Virus record (IMG/VR): IMGVR_UViG_3300046333_000090
Length of the DNA stretch: 64,000 nucleotides
Strand: one strand, 5' to 3'
Source: a virus
Shown: piece after piece, positions 30,203 to 40,460 of the stretch
Layout: each line of letters begins with the position of its first letter
Numbering within the stretch: the stretch's first letter is position 1
The notes under the pieces: model-generated
Database searches by the model: none
What the model was told of the DNA's origin: nothing
What the model saw: the letters and a program-made list of their open reading frames with translations, nothing else
Translations under genes and position numbers: made by a program

Positions 30203-31423
30203 TCATTTGTAAGTTTTTATCCTTACTGGGTGTACTACTAAACCCTCTATCCCATTGCTGAACACGTTTGGGATTGCTTTTCTCATGATATTATAACTAC
30301 CATTTATGTCTGCATTAAATTTCAGACCACTCTTGGCTTTGTATATCCCTCGTTGCAGTCTTCTACCGCTGAACTGGCGTTTTACACCTGCACTGTAAGT
30401 AGGAATTGAATCTGCATCTAAGAAACTTGCTTTACTTGTATAACTCTCTTCTTGTTCGATAAATTTTATACCTACCAATTCACATTTGTAATGCAGTTTG
30501 GCTATCAAATCATTAAATGGTACTTGAACGAAGTTCTGGTTATTTTTACTCCCTATATTGATGTTTTGTTTCCATCCATTGTTTTTACCTACTACCAATG
30601 TGCCCACATCATTTTCTATCAATGTCCTTACAATAGTTGTACTAGCTTTATGTAAATAATCACTAATTTTGTTTCCTCTCTTATTGTAAAGCCTTCTGAT
30701 CCTCTTACTACTACCACCTTTCAAGATTGATTGTAGCTGCGCTAATCTCTTGTTGAAAAATTGGTTAATTGATTTTAGAGGATTCCCACTTAACAGCATT
30801 GGCTTAGTTCCAATTTTATTAAATGTAAGTGCAACCAAATTACTCAGTCCTAAATCTATAGCTGCTACGTTTGCTTGGTCTAATCTCAAATCAACAATTG
30901 ATTTTTCGTAAACTATTTCTACTACATAATGCTCCAATTTTGGCACAATTCTAACTTGATCGATTTTCTCATATGGGATATCTGTTTGAACAAATATATT
31001 GGTACCAGATGGATTAAGTAGTCCATCCTTGGTTAAGCTGCGCTTAGAAATAGCTTGATTAGAGTAAGAAGTTACATTTCTACCAGATTCAATTTTATGA
31101 TATTTTGGAATTTTTGGACACGCATTAAATTTAGATGGATTGCTTGTAAAAGATTTGATAGCCTGAAAGTAAGATTTCCAATTTTTATCAAGACCCATCA
31201 GGACATGTTGGGACACTTTCGCCGGAAGCGAAGTATAATCAATAGTACCCTGAACAAGCTTTAATATCTTGTAATAATTAAGATAACCAGTACCAGCAAA
31301 TATAGATTGTCTAATTATATAATTTGCATAGTTATATAAATTCTTAGATAAGAAACAAATAGAATCTAACTCATAATAAAATGGATGATTAGAGTAGAAC
31401 TTATGTTGTTGAGTTAGTTTCAT
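30203..31423 (-). CDS. tnpB: TnpB RNA-guided endonuclease (IS607 type)
   Basis: SKNLYNYANY, IDLGLSNL (RuvC-I), VVGKNNGWKQ, EESYTSK, NADINGSYNI. Confidence 0.92.
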   Translation of the reverse strand: MKLTQQHKFYSNHPFYYELDSICFLSKNLYNYANYIIRQSIFAGTGYLNYYKILKLVQGTIDYTSLPAKVSQHVLMGLDKNWKSYFQAIKSFTSNPSKFNACPKIPKYHKIESGRNVTSYSNQAISKRSLTKDGLLNPSGTNIFVQTDIPYEKIDQVRIVPKLEHYVVEIVYEKSIVDLRLDQANVAAIDLGLSNLVALTFNKIGTKPMLLSGNPLKSINQFFNKRLAQLQSILKGGSSKRIRRLYNKRGNKISDYLHKASTTIVRTLIENDVGTLVVGKNNGWKQNINIGSKNNQNFVQVPFNDLIAKLHYKCELVGIKFIEQEESYTSKASFLDADSIPTYSAGVKRQFSGRRLQRGIYKAKSGLKFNADINGSYNIMRKAIPNVFSNGIEGLVVHPVRIKTYK

Positions 31424-31979
31424 CAGAATTAATAATATTTACAATTTGACAAGATTTTCTAGTTCTTCTACGAATAGAATATAGTCTAGCACAGAAAGAA
31501 GTAATAATGCTAACAAAATCTTGCATAAGATCATCAGTACGTTCGGTACAAATATTAACCACATCAATAGATTTGCCTTGTTTAGATAGTAGAACATCTA
31601 GATAATTAAACCCAACTCTAGTAAGGCGATCTTTATGTTCTACAACTATGATATCATAGTTATCAGAATTAAGCAAGTCAATAAATTTACGTCTATGGTC
31701 ATTAACGCCAGAACCAACTTCTTTAATAATTTTAACAATAGAATAACCTTTTGATAAACAATAGGATTCTAAGCGTTCCACTTGAGTGTCCAGATTAGAT
31801 TTATTTTGAGAAGAAGAGACTCTGGTATATATAACTGCATTTTTAGTAGGAGTGGTAGGTGGATGAACAATAATAGTACCAGTAGGGAGTTGGGTGGCGG
31901 ATAGAGTGCCAGATTTCCACATACGCCAAGCAGTTTTGTAGGAAATACCAAGAGAAGAGGCGTAAGTAGATAACTTCAT
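31401..31979 (-). CDS. tnpA: IS607 TnpA serine recombinase
   Basis: N-terminal HTH; YTRVSS...LDTQ...EVGSG...EHKDRLTRVGF. Confidence 0.94.
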   Translation of the reverse strand: MKLSTYASSLGISYKTAWRMWKSGTLSATQLPTGTIIVHPPTTPTKNAVIYTRVSSSQNKSNLDTQVERLESYCLSKGYSIVKIIKEVGSGVNDHRRKFIDLLNSDNYDIIVVEHKDRLTRVGFNYLDVLLSKQGKSIDVVNICTERTDDLMQDFVSIITSFCARLYSIRRRTRKSCQIVNIINSDETNSTT

Positions 31980-32029
31980 ATGTGACTATATATAACCATG
32001 TTTGTCTATATATTTAGCAAAGTTAACCA

Positions 32030-32164
32030 ATACATTAGTCTACTGACTGAAGTATTACTAATTCCCAAATCTTTAGCAGTCAAAGATTGATCGTAATTAT
32101 TATCATTTAATGATTTGATAAATTCTTCTTTAGTTATATTTGCTGTAGAATTTGGATTTGACAT
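32030..32164 (-). pseudogene. N-terminal HTH fragment of the IS607-disrupted gene
   Basis: MSNPNSTANITKEEFIKSLNDNNYDQSLTAKDLGISNTSVSRL; sigma70-like TTGACT-17-TATAAT at 32195-32223. Confidence 0.55.
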
Positions 32165-32283
32165 GATGATTTATTTAACTTTTTACATATTTTAATTATA
32201 TCACATTTAAACTATTGAGTCAAGCATACTACGAAATTACTAAATATTAATATAACAAAATATAATAATTTTTTAAAAAACAT

Positions 32284-32934
32284 ATGGCATTAAATATAAT
32301 GGACTTTCGGACACAATTACTACTTGGTGGCTTTAGAAGCAACTTGTTCAGAGTAGATCTGTCCTTCCCCTCCCAAATTGATTCATTAAAAGGAAATACT
32401 GGGGATAAACCAGCATCAGCAGCAACATTAAATACAGCAGCTAGTTTTTTGATTAAATCAGCACAAATACCTAGTATGGACATTGGAGTAATTCCTGTTC
32501 CATTTAGAGGAAGAGAATTAAAAGTAGCTGGTGACAGAAGTTTTGAGAATTTTTCCTGTACTGTAATTAATGATGGTGAATTTAGATTACGCAAAGGATT
32601 TGAGGCATGGTCTAGAGGCATCAATGCGTTGACAGAAAACGTATCAGAATTAGGATATTCTAATGGATCGGGTACAAACAAAATTAGTTATATTCAAGAT
32701 ATTACATTACATTTATTGAGTAGAGATAATGTTGCTCCAGAGAGAACACCAGCAAATGCTAGTTCATTTAGTTCTGCTACTGATAAGATTTTGAGAAGTT
32801 ATCGGTTATACGGTGCATGGGTATCCAGTTTATCTGGAATGGATCTTGGTTACGAACTCAATAACCAAATTTCGCAGTACAGTGTGACTTTTGCGTACCA
32901 GTACTTCGAGGTACTACCAAGTACTACAAATTAA
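32284..32934 (+). CDS. gp19: Tail tube protein gp19
   Basis: GGFRSNLFRV...VPFRGRELKVAGDRSFE...VINDGEF..RK.FE.W. Confidence 0.95.
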   Translation: MALNIMDFRTQLLLGGFRSNLFRVDLSFPSQIDSLKGNTGDKPASAATLNTAASFLIKSAQIPSMDIGVIPVPFRGRELKVAGDRSFENFSCTVINDGEFRLRKGFEAWSRGINALTENVSELGYSNGSGTNKISYIQDITLHLLSRDNVAPERTPANASSFSSATDKILRSYRLYGAWVSSLSGMDLGYELNNQISQYSVTFAYQYFEVLPSTTN

Positions 32935-32949
32935 TTATTAAATTTAATA

Positions 32950-32985
32950 AAGCCTTTCTAGATGACTCTAGAAAGGCTTATTTTT
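32950..32985 (+). terminator. Terminator after gp19
   Basis: AAGCCTTTCTAGA-N4-TCTAGAAAGGCTT followed by T-rich sequence. Confidence 0.75.
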
Positions 32986-33046
32986 ATATTCTGACACTAG
33001 TAGTCATTATTATAGTTTTCGTGCGTTGTGAGGCATCCTAGACCTC

Positions 33047-33760
33047 TCTCAGAGCAGAATAGGTTTACCCCATGTTGCTTGATTCTCTAGATGTGCTTCA
33101 ATTAATTGATCTAATTTTGTTTGATGTTCTGCTGTGAATACAATATTAGGATCTGGCAACCAATTAGGTACTTCTTGTAAGTATCTTTCTGGGGGACACT
33201 AAACCTGATTTGGTTGCAAATTGGTAATGAATATTTTGAAGGTAATTGAGATTTTTAGAACCAAAACTTATACTTTTTCCATTTACTTTTGGCATCCTGA
33301 TTTGTGTCACATAGCTACCAACATAATTAGTATATTGTAACCCAATAAATAAACCAGAAAACTTTTTCTTTATTGTTGTGTTGAACCATTGAGTCAATAG
33401 TTCTAGATTGGAACGTATATTATTACTAGCATTACTATCTAAATGATTAATTACATAATTTTCATTAGTCTTCGCTCCAAATACTAGTTGATGAATATAT
33501 GTATTAGCACTATCAGTTCTTGTCTTAAATCTACCACTACTATCAAGATTAAAATTATATTGTTTTAGAATATCTACTTTATCAAGATCTATAGAATTAG
33601 TATATATTGTACCAGATTTAATATTGAGTAGATGTAATTTGTCATGTAAAAATAATTGATTATATATTAATTTGTAATTACCATTATTTACATTATGGTG
33701 AGGAAGATCGAACTGCCATAATTTTAGTAATGAATCAAAGTGAATCATATTACTACTCAT
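33047..33760 (-). pseudogene. HNH family copy E, frameshifted near 33190
   Basis: INHLDSNASNNIRSNLE motif; the family C-terminus continues in another frame after LVSP. Confidence 0.8.
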
Positions 33761-33775
33761 AAAAATTTATTAAAT

Positions 33776-34639
33776 TTAATAAAGTACTTCAACTAACTCG
33801 TTAATACCCAAACCAGAGACTTTACACGGTTTTGTTCCTATAGAAGAACCTCGATCATTATACACTCCAACAATTGTATCAAACTGAGCATTGACATGGT
33901 AGTGCCCAAAGTAATATTTCTCTGGATTGATGCGATTGAATATACCATTAAGATATACCGCATCTTTATCTAAATCTTCTTTTAAAGTAGGATCGTTTTT
34001 ATATCGTTGGTCTAAGCAACTTAATTTTAAATAGGGATAGAATAGCATCGGCGCAGAATGACTGACAACGATATCAAAGTAATTGGCATTTATGAGATTA
34101 TCTAATATTTTATCAGCATCATTATAAGGAGATACTTTAGTTATTTTTTGTGCGCCGTGGCGAGAACAAACTGATAAATGGCGTATATATTCGTCTTCCC
34201 ACCACGACACATTTTTTTCTCTGTCTACTCGATCAATAGAAGTTGCACCACCAACAGTCAATAGTTTTTTACATACAGAACCCCCTTTCCAATTAATAAC
34301 CGAATAGTCTGGTAAAAATTTAATATTGGATAAAGGTCGATCATATTCCTTTGTACCAATATGAGGTTCATGATTATAATATTGCGAACCCAACTCAGGA
34401 TAATGGTTATAGTAATTGTCGTGGTTGCCACGATTAATTAGTAAAGTAACATCATTACACCTCAAATAATAATCGAGTTTGGATAATTGTTCTTGAGTGA
34501 ATCCGTAACCAAAATCGCCGACTTGGATAATTGTGCAGCCTTGTAAATCAAATCTAGTGATGTAGCTGTAGATGACGGCAAGTTCGCCGTGGATGTCGCT
34601 TAAAATGAATAGCCGTCCGTTTGTATAAAATTCTTGCAT
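33776..34639 (-). CDS. Calcineurin-like metallophosphoesterase
   Basis: SDIHG, GDFG, GNHD, GGATSID, SHSAP, FGHYH. Confidence 0.9.
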   Translation of the reverse strand: MQEFYTNGRLFILSDIHGELAVIYSYITRFDLQGCTIIQVGDFGYGFTQEQLSKLDYYLRCNDVTLLINRGNHDNYYNHYPELGSQYYNHEPHIGTKEYDRPLSNIKFLPDYSVINWKGGSVCKKLLTVGGATSIDRVDREKNVSWWEDEYIRHLSVCSRHGAQKITKVSPYNDADKILDNLINANYFDIVVSHSAPMLFYPYLKLSCLDQRYKNDPTLKEDLDKDAVYLNGIFNRINPEKYYFGHYHVNAQFDTIVGVYNDRGSSIGTKPCKVSGLGINELVEVLY

Positions 34640-34740
34640 AAATATAAATCTCTTTTATTACCATAACTAATTAATGGTGTTCTTTATTTATATTCTAACA
34701 TATATTAGTTCTAAATACTAGAAGAATTACCATTAATTAG

Positions 34741-35439
34741 TTATGAATGATGTGCCCATGTTCTCCCATATTTAATACCATATATCGCCCCCTGACTGAT
34801 ATTATAAAGTTTGGCAATATATACACAAGTATGACCATCTCTTAATAATATTTTTATTTCCTTTACTGATATATTATTAAGTATTGCTCTTGGATTGTTT
34901 TCTCCACTATATTTACCAATTCTTGCATCAGAAATTTTTTTCTTAGATTCTTCTGTATGATTTTTTCCAAATCTATTATGATTACTTCCAATTTTACCCA
35001 TTGCAGAATTGGACATTTTTTTCTTAGATTCTTCTGTATGAGTTTTACCAAAAAAAGTATTATCTTCCCCACAAAATTTTCCCGTCCTGGCATCAGATAA
35101 TTTTTTTCTATGTTCTTCTGACTTAGGGATTCTGGCATTAGTTCCTGGCGGACTTCCTGCTGTTCCATGAGATATATTATTACAACCATGTTTTCCTATA
35201 TTTTCTTTAATTAATAACTTTTCCGCCTTTTTTAATTCTATAGCTGTATTAAAAAATTGAAGTTCAGTTCTATGTAGTAATTTTTTATTTTTTATAGATC
35301 TCACCCAATTTCCAGATCCTTTATATGAATCTTTAGTGGGGTCTTTATCTGATGAATGCTTGCCGACGTAGTAATCGTTACTCCCTTCTAAAGTTGTCTT
35401 GTAGAGGTAATTATACTTTTTTTCTTTAAATTCAGCCAT
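34741..35439 (-). CDS. GIY-YIG homing endonuclease with NUMOD3 repeats and HTH
   Basis: YLYKT...YYVGKH...YKGSG; FGKTHTEESKKKMS repeated. Confidence 0.88.
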   Translation of the reverse strand: MAEFKEKKYNYLYKTTLEGSNDYYVGKHSSDKDPTKDSYKGSGNWVRSIKNKKLLHRTELQFFNTAIELKKAEKLLIKENIGKHGCNNISHGTAGSPPGTNARIPKSEEHRKKLSDARTGKFCGEDNTFFGKTHTEESKKKMSNSAMGKIGSNHNRFGKNHTEESKKKISDARIGKYSGENNPRAILNNISVKEIKILLRDGHTCVYIAKLYNISQGAIYGIKYGRTWAHHS

Positions 35440-35476
35440 AAATACTAATAGTAAGGATATAATTATTAATATTTAT

Positions 35477-37057
35477 ATGAATAAAGGTGTAGAATTATTA
35501 GGATTTAATTTAGAAGAAAGAATCCGTGGAAAAAAAGCTGCATCATCCCCAATCCCAAAAAATAATGATGATGGCACAGTCATGATATCTGGGGCGGGAT
35601 TCTTTAGTACGGGGATCGACTTAGAATTGAATTTCAAAAATATTGCAGATCTTATTAATAAATATCGTCAAATAGCACTGGATCCGTTAGTAGATGCCTC
35701 AATTGATGATGTGGTGAATGAGATGATTGCTAGCGATCTGACAGAAATGCCAGTAAAGATAGATTTATCAAAATCACAAATACCTGACAATATAAAAACC
35801 GCAATACGAGAAGAATTTGATTATATTTGCAAATTATTAAAATTTGAAAAAAATTGTCATAGTATTACTAGAAAATGGTATGTAGATGGTATTTTATATT
35901 ATCAAAAAATAGTAGATCCAAAAAATTTGAAGAAAGGAATTCAAGAATTAAGAAATATCGATCCTATTCACATCAAGCCGATTAAGCAAAAAATAAAAGA
36001 TGATCAAATATTATCAGAGAATGATAAAAAATTCGTAAATGAAAATTATTTGGAATATTATATCTATATAAAGAGTTCATCCAATAATAACAATAATTAC
36101 AGTCCTAGTCCACATGCGGGGTCAGCACTTAAATTTACTAAAGATTCAATCACCAGCATTCCTAGTGGAGTAGTTGATTATACCAAAAAAATAAATGTAT
36201 CATACCTAAATAAAGCGATTAAGCCAATCAACCAATTGAGAATGTTGGAAGACAGTATTGTAATATATGCTCTAACAAGAGCAACAGAAAAGAGAATTTT
36301 TTATATTGATGTAGGTAATTTACCAAAAATAAAAGCAGAGCAATATTTGAAAGAGGTAGTGAATAGATATAAAAATAAAATTAGTTATGATTCCGTCACC
36401 GGAGAAGTTGCTAACAAAAGACACCAAGCAACTATGTTAGAGGATTTCTTCTTACCCAGACGCTCTAGTGGTAATGGTACAGAAATTTCTACATTACCTG
36501 CTGGACAAAATTTGGGAGATTTGGGAGAAAATTTAAAGTTCTTTTTGAAAAAAGCACTACATGCACTTAATGTACCCGAATCTAGACAAAGTGGGGACTC
36601 TGGTAGTTTTAATATTGGTAGAGGTAGTGAGATAGCCAGAGATGAAATAAAGTTTGCTAAATTCGTAGGCAGATTGAGAAAACAATTTAGTCAATTATTT
36701 TTAGATCCACTCAAAACTCAATTAGTATTAAAAGGAATATTAAATGTTGATGAGTGGGATGCTATAGAATCTGATATACAAATAGACTTTATATTTGATA
36801 ATCACTATGCAGAACTTGTGGCATCTGAATTAGCAGTAGATAGATTAAATATATTGGCACAAACTGAACCATATTTGGGCAATTATTTTAGCAAACAATA
36901 TATTCAAAAAAATGTACTGAAAATGAATGACAGAGAAATAGAAGAAATAGCTTTACAGATCCAAATGGAGAAAAATCTGGGGTTAATTCCAGATCCAGCA
37001 CAAATGACACAAATTGCTGCACAAACCCCTGCTCCACCACAAAATACTGCTAAATAA
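35477..37057 (+). CDS. gp20: Portal protein gp20
   Basis: WYVDG, SYLNKAIKPINQLRMLEDS, RIFYIDVGNLPK.KAEQY, EDFFLPRR. Confidence 0.97.
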   Translation: MNKGVELLGFNLEERIRGKKAASSPIPKNNDDGTVMISGAGFFSTGIDLELNFKNIADLINKYRQIALDPLVDASIDDVVNEMIASDLTEMPVKIDLSKSQIPDNIKTAIREEFDYICKLLKFEKNCHSITRKWYVDGILYYQKIVDPKNLKKGIQELRNIDPIHIKPIKQKIKDDQILSENDKKFVNENYLEYYIYIKSSSNNNNNYSPSPHAGSALKFTKDSITSIPSGVVDYTKKINVSYLNKAIKPINQLRMLEDSIVIYALTRATEKRIFYIDVGNLPKIKAEQYLKEVVNRYKNKISYDSVTGEVANKRHQATMLEDFFLPRRSSGNGTEISTLPAGQNLGDLGENLKFFLKKALHALNVPESRQSGDSGSFNIGRGSEIARDEIKFAKFVGRLRKQFSQLFLDPLKTQLVLKGILNVDEWDAIESDIQIDFIFDNHYAELVASELAVDRLNILAQTEPYLGNYFSKQYIQKNVLKMNDREIEEIALQIQMEKNLGLIPDPAQMTQIAAQTPAPPQNTAK

Positions 37058-37080
37058 ACTATATATAATTATTAAATTTT

Positions 37081-37578
37081 ATGAGTACAGCTAGAGATAT
37101 ATTCAATTCAATTATTGACCAAGATAACGTAAGTGCATCCCAACATATTGCAGATGCACTACTTGATAGAAGTGTAGAAAAAATAGAATTGATGAGAGAA
37201 TATGTGGGTAAGTCTTTATTTCAAGAAGCATCTGATTCTGACTATAACGAAGGATTAAAGGATGCTACTCGTGAAGATAACGCCAATACATTCACCAAAG
37301 GGGTGCGCAACAGAATCAAAAATCCTAGTATCAAGGATAGAGATGCAAGAATAGATGCGTCTACTAGAGAATATTACAAAAAATCTTTAAATAATCCAGA
37401 TAGCATGGATTATGGAGTGAAATTGGGTGATAGACATGATAGTTTGAGAAATAGAATTACCCTAAATCCTTCAGAAAAAGAAGAATTAAATACCTTAGAC
37501 AAAGAACAACAATCGAGTAGTAAACATGCGAAATATCTAACAAAACGTTATCCAGATCATTTACCAAAGTACAAATAA
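37081..37578 (+). CDS. Prohead core protein (gp67/68-like N-terminus) with C-terminal extension
   Basis: Position between gp20 and gp21; helical N-terminus ending ...VGKSLFQE. Confidence 0.55.
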   Translation: MSTARDIFNSIIDQDNVSASQHIADALLDRSVEKIELMREYVGKSLFQEASDSDYNEGLKDATREDNANTFTKGVRNRIKNPSIKDRDARIDASTREYYKKSLNNPDSMDYGVKLGDRHDSLRNRITLNPSEKEELNTLDKEQQSSSKHAKYLTKRYPDHLPKYK

Positions 37579-37579
37579 T

Positions 37580-38218
37580 ATGAAATTACTAATAGAATCA
37601 GCAGAACAAATAGAATACCTCACCGAAGAAGTAAATGGCACGAAACAATACTTTATTGAGGGGATTTTTCTTCAATCGGAGTTAGAAAACAAAAATGGAA
37701 GAATTTATCCAAAACACATTCTAGATAAAGAAGTAAAACGGTATATCAAAGAATCCATAGAACAAAATAAAGCAGTAGGAGAACTAAGTCACAGCAGCAG
37801 TATTTTACCAGATCCAAAATTAATATCTCATAAAATTATTTCTTTGAAGGAATCTGGCAATAATTATATTGGTAAGGCATTAGTATTGGATACACCTAAT
37901 GGGAAAATTGTAAAAGCTTTGATGGAAGGTGGAGTCAAATTCGGTGTATCTAGTAAAGGACTAGGCACACTTCAAGAGCGTAATGGTAAAAAATATGTAT
38001 CAGAAGATTATAAATTATCTACTGCTGGAGATTGCGTAATGGATCCTAGTGCGCCAGATGCTTATGTTAATGCAATTATGGAATCCACCGAGTATGATAT
38101 TGATAAAAATGGACTAATATACGAAATCAAATATAATATTCAAAGTGCTAACACTAAATCACAATTAGAAGAAGCGCGGTTAGGTGCATTCAAAAAATTA
38201 TTAAATTTAATAAAATGA
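37580..38218 (+). CDS. gp21: Prohead protease gp21
   Basis: FIEGIFLQ...NKNGRIYP...GELSH...TPNGKIVK...GVSSKGLG...DPSAPDAYV. Confidence 0.96.
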   Translation: MKLLIESAEQIEYLTEEVNGTKQYFIEGIFLQSELENKNGRIYPKHILDKEVKRYIKESIEQNKAVGELSHSSSILPDPKLISHKIISLKESGNNYIGKALVLDTPNGKIVKALMEGGVKFGVSSKGLGTLQERNGKKYVSEDYKLSTAGDCVMDPSAPDAYVNAIMESTEYDIDKNGLIYEIKYNIQSANTKSQLEEARLGAFKKLLNLIK

Positions 38219-38619
38219 ATGATAAAAATGTATTACCAATTCCTCAATTAAGTACTAATGATGGAAACATTTATATTTTAAAGGACAGATACGTAATTAA
38301 TTTCAGTAAATATTTTAATTTTGATATAGTGGTGCCAAAAAATTATAAATCCGATCTAGCATCTGTACCAAAATTATTAAGGTGGATTATAGATAGAGCA
38401 TCACTAGGTTTAGTGGCACCATTATTGCATGACTATATATGTTTTAAAAAGGGGAGAATTATAAGCATAGATGGAGCAATGTATGAACTAACTTGGTTTG
38501 AATGTCATTTATTATTTTTATTGGTGATGAATATAACAGGGATTCATTGGTTTCGTGCTACTTTATGTTTTTTAGCAGTATTGATCGGTGTTAAGTATTG
38601 GGAAAATAATAAATACTAA
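38215..38619 (+). CDS. DUF1353-like protein
   Basis: IVVPKNYKSDLASVPK...LLHDYI. Confidence 0.75.
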   Translation: MNDKNVLPIPQLSTNDGNIYILKDRYVINFSKYFNFDIVVPKNYKSDLASVPKLLRWIIDRASLGLVAPLLHDYICFKKGRIISIDGAMYELTWFECHLLFLLVMNITGIHWFRATLCFLAVLIGVKYWENNKY

Positions 38620-38629
38620 ATTTAATAAA

Positions 38630-39421
38630 ATGAGAGACTTATATCAAGAAATTCAAGAATTTTATTTGTTAGGTGAGGGGTTATCCAAAGAACCATCTTC
38701 ACCAATAGAAACTCGAAAAGTTAAAACTACAGGAAATCTATATCATTCACTTAATAGCACCGTTCATACCCAATATAACGCTGCACAATCCCACGAAACT
38801 GATAAAATAGCACCTGGTCAATCTGATATTTCACACCATGTGTCCTGGAACAATTTAATTGATCGTAATAATATGAATAATACACAAAAAAAACATACAT
38901 TACATGACGCTTTACATTTACATAATGATTATGTTAAAAACCATACAAATATTGGAGATTTAGTAACTAATCATCCAGCTACAAAAGCAGATAAGACTGA
39001 AAGAAATAGAAGAGAGGAAATATATAGAAAAGTAGCAGGATTTGGTGCTTTAGCTAAAGATGGACGAACCCAGTATGGTATAGTCAAACAACATCCAGAC
39101 GTTCATCCAGAAGAACATTTACGAGGACAAAAATACTTACATCCACTAGAAGATCATGAAATTAAATCTTATCAAGAAAAAAATAGATTAATTAATGACA
39201 TGAAAAGGAATAATACTCCAGAAAAACGAGAAGAAGGGATAGCTAAAATAAAAAAAGGACAAGAAAAATGGGAAGAAAAAAGAATGCTGAGTGGAAGATT
39301 ATCTTTAGCATCTTTGCAACGTAAACCAGGAAGTGATAAAAATCATCTAGAAAGAGGACAACGTTTAATAAATACTAAAAGGTCAATTTTAGGGGGGTAT
39401 TTGCACCAAGAAAATTTTTAA
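38630..39421 (+). CDS. Hypothetical protein, possible internal head protein
   Basis: Likely start MRDLYQEIQEFYLLGE at 38630; His/Lys-rich; within the head operon. Confidence 0.5.
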   Translation: MRDLYQEIQEFYLLGEGLSKEPSSPIETRKVKTTGNLYHSLNSTVHTQYNAAQSHETDKIAPGQSDISHHVSWNNLIDRNNMNNTQKKHTLHDALHLHNDYVKNHTNIGDLVTNHPATKADKTERNRREEIYRKVAGFGALAKDGRTQYGIVKQHPDVHPEEHLRGQKYLHPLEDHEIKSYQEKNRLINDMKRNNTPEKREEGIAKIKKGQEKWEEKRMLSGRLSLASLQRKPGSDKNHLERGQRLINTKRSILGGYLHQENF

Positions 39422-39494
39422 TACACCAAGTAAAACAAAAAATAATGAAATATAAATATAAATATAAATAGTAGTATAAATTAAAATAATTACA

Positions 39495-40421
39495 ATGGGA
39501 AGAAATCAGGTAACAAAAAACGCAGTAGCAGGAGATCCTATGGATACTTCTTTATCAGATGGTAACGTAGAAGAATTACCTAATTCTGAACCTATTGCTA
39601 CTGAACAACCAAACACTGCTGCAAAATATGTGGCTGGTGTCAAAAAAATCAAGAATATCGTAAATAAAGATGCTGTACCCCCAGTACCTATGAATGGATT
39701 ACAGAAAAGTGACATGGATGAATCCATTAGTGTAACAGATTCAATCAATACTTTATTTGAAGGTTCTGATTTATCAGAAGAATTTAAAGAAAAACTGATT
39801 GTTATTTTTGAAGCAGCAGTAAAAGAAAAAACATTTGAATTGATGACCAATCTTGAGGAACACTATAATCAAACTCTAGAAGAAGAAATTAACTCACTAG
39901 CAGAAGTATTGATTGAATCTATTGACACCAAACTAGATTATATTTCTGGAATGTGGTTAGAAGAAAATGAAATTGCTATTGAAAATGGTATCAAATTAGA
40001 ACTATTTGAAAACTTTATTGGAGGGATGAAAAATCTATTCCAAGAAAATTATGTAGATATTCCCGAAGAACGATATGATGTATTGAGTAATATGAATGAT
40101 ACTATCGAGATGCTAGAAAACAAATTGAATGAGCAAATTGATATCAACACCGAACTATATGGTGTTCTTCAGGAATCTACCCTAGAACAAACTATAGAAG
40201 AAGTGGGTAGAGATTTAAGTCAAAATCAAAAAGCAAAATTGCGATTTTTAGCAGAAGGATTAAATATAGACTCCGTTGACGATTTGGCAAATAAAGTACA
40301 AATCTTAAAAGAAAGTTCTTTCCCCACTGTAACAAAAAAATATACTATCTTGGATGATGATGTGTCTGGAAATTATGAAGTTATTAGTGATAGTATGTCT
40401 AAATATGTAAGTGCTTTGTAA
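39495..40421 (+). CDS. gp22: Prohead scaffold gp22
   Basis: LSEEFKEK...IFEAAV...WLEENEIAIENGIK...FQENYVDIPEE. Confidence 0.93.
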   Translation: MGRNQVTKNAVAGDPMDTSLSDGNVEELPNSEPIATEQPNTAAKYVAGVKKIKNIVNKDAVPPVPMNGLQKSDMDESISVTDSINTLFEGSDLSEEFKEKLIVIFEAAVKEKTFELMTNLEEHYNQTLEEEINSLAEVLIESIDTKLDYISGMWLEENEIAIENGIKLELFENFIGGMKNLFQENYVDIPEERYDVLSNMNDTIEMLENKLNEQIDINTELYGVLQESTLEQTIEEVGRDLSQNQKAKLRFLAEGLNIDSVDDLANKVQILKESSFPTVTKKYTILDDDVSGNYEVISDSMSKYVSAL

Positions 40422-40460
40422 TTTTCTATAAATAATAATAATAATAAAAAATATAAATTT

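Larger units (their letters stand above)
30175..32030 (-). mobile_element. IS607-family element (tnpA + tnpB); ends approximate
   Basis: Serine-recombinase gene overlapping tnpB; short TATATAG(A/T)C repeats near the ends. Confidence 0.88.

Noticed and set aside
34863-35189. 108-aa alternative-frame ORF in the GIY-YIG/NUMOD3 gene as a second dual-coding case
   Set aside because: Much shorter, lies over internally repeated NUMOD3 DNA, and has no clear start signal
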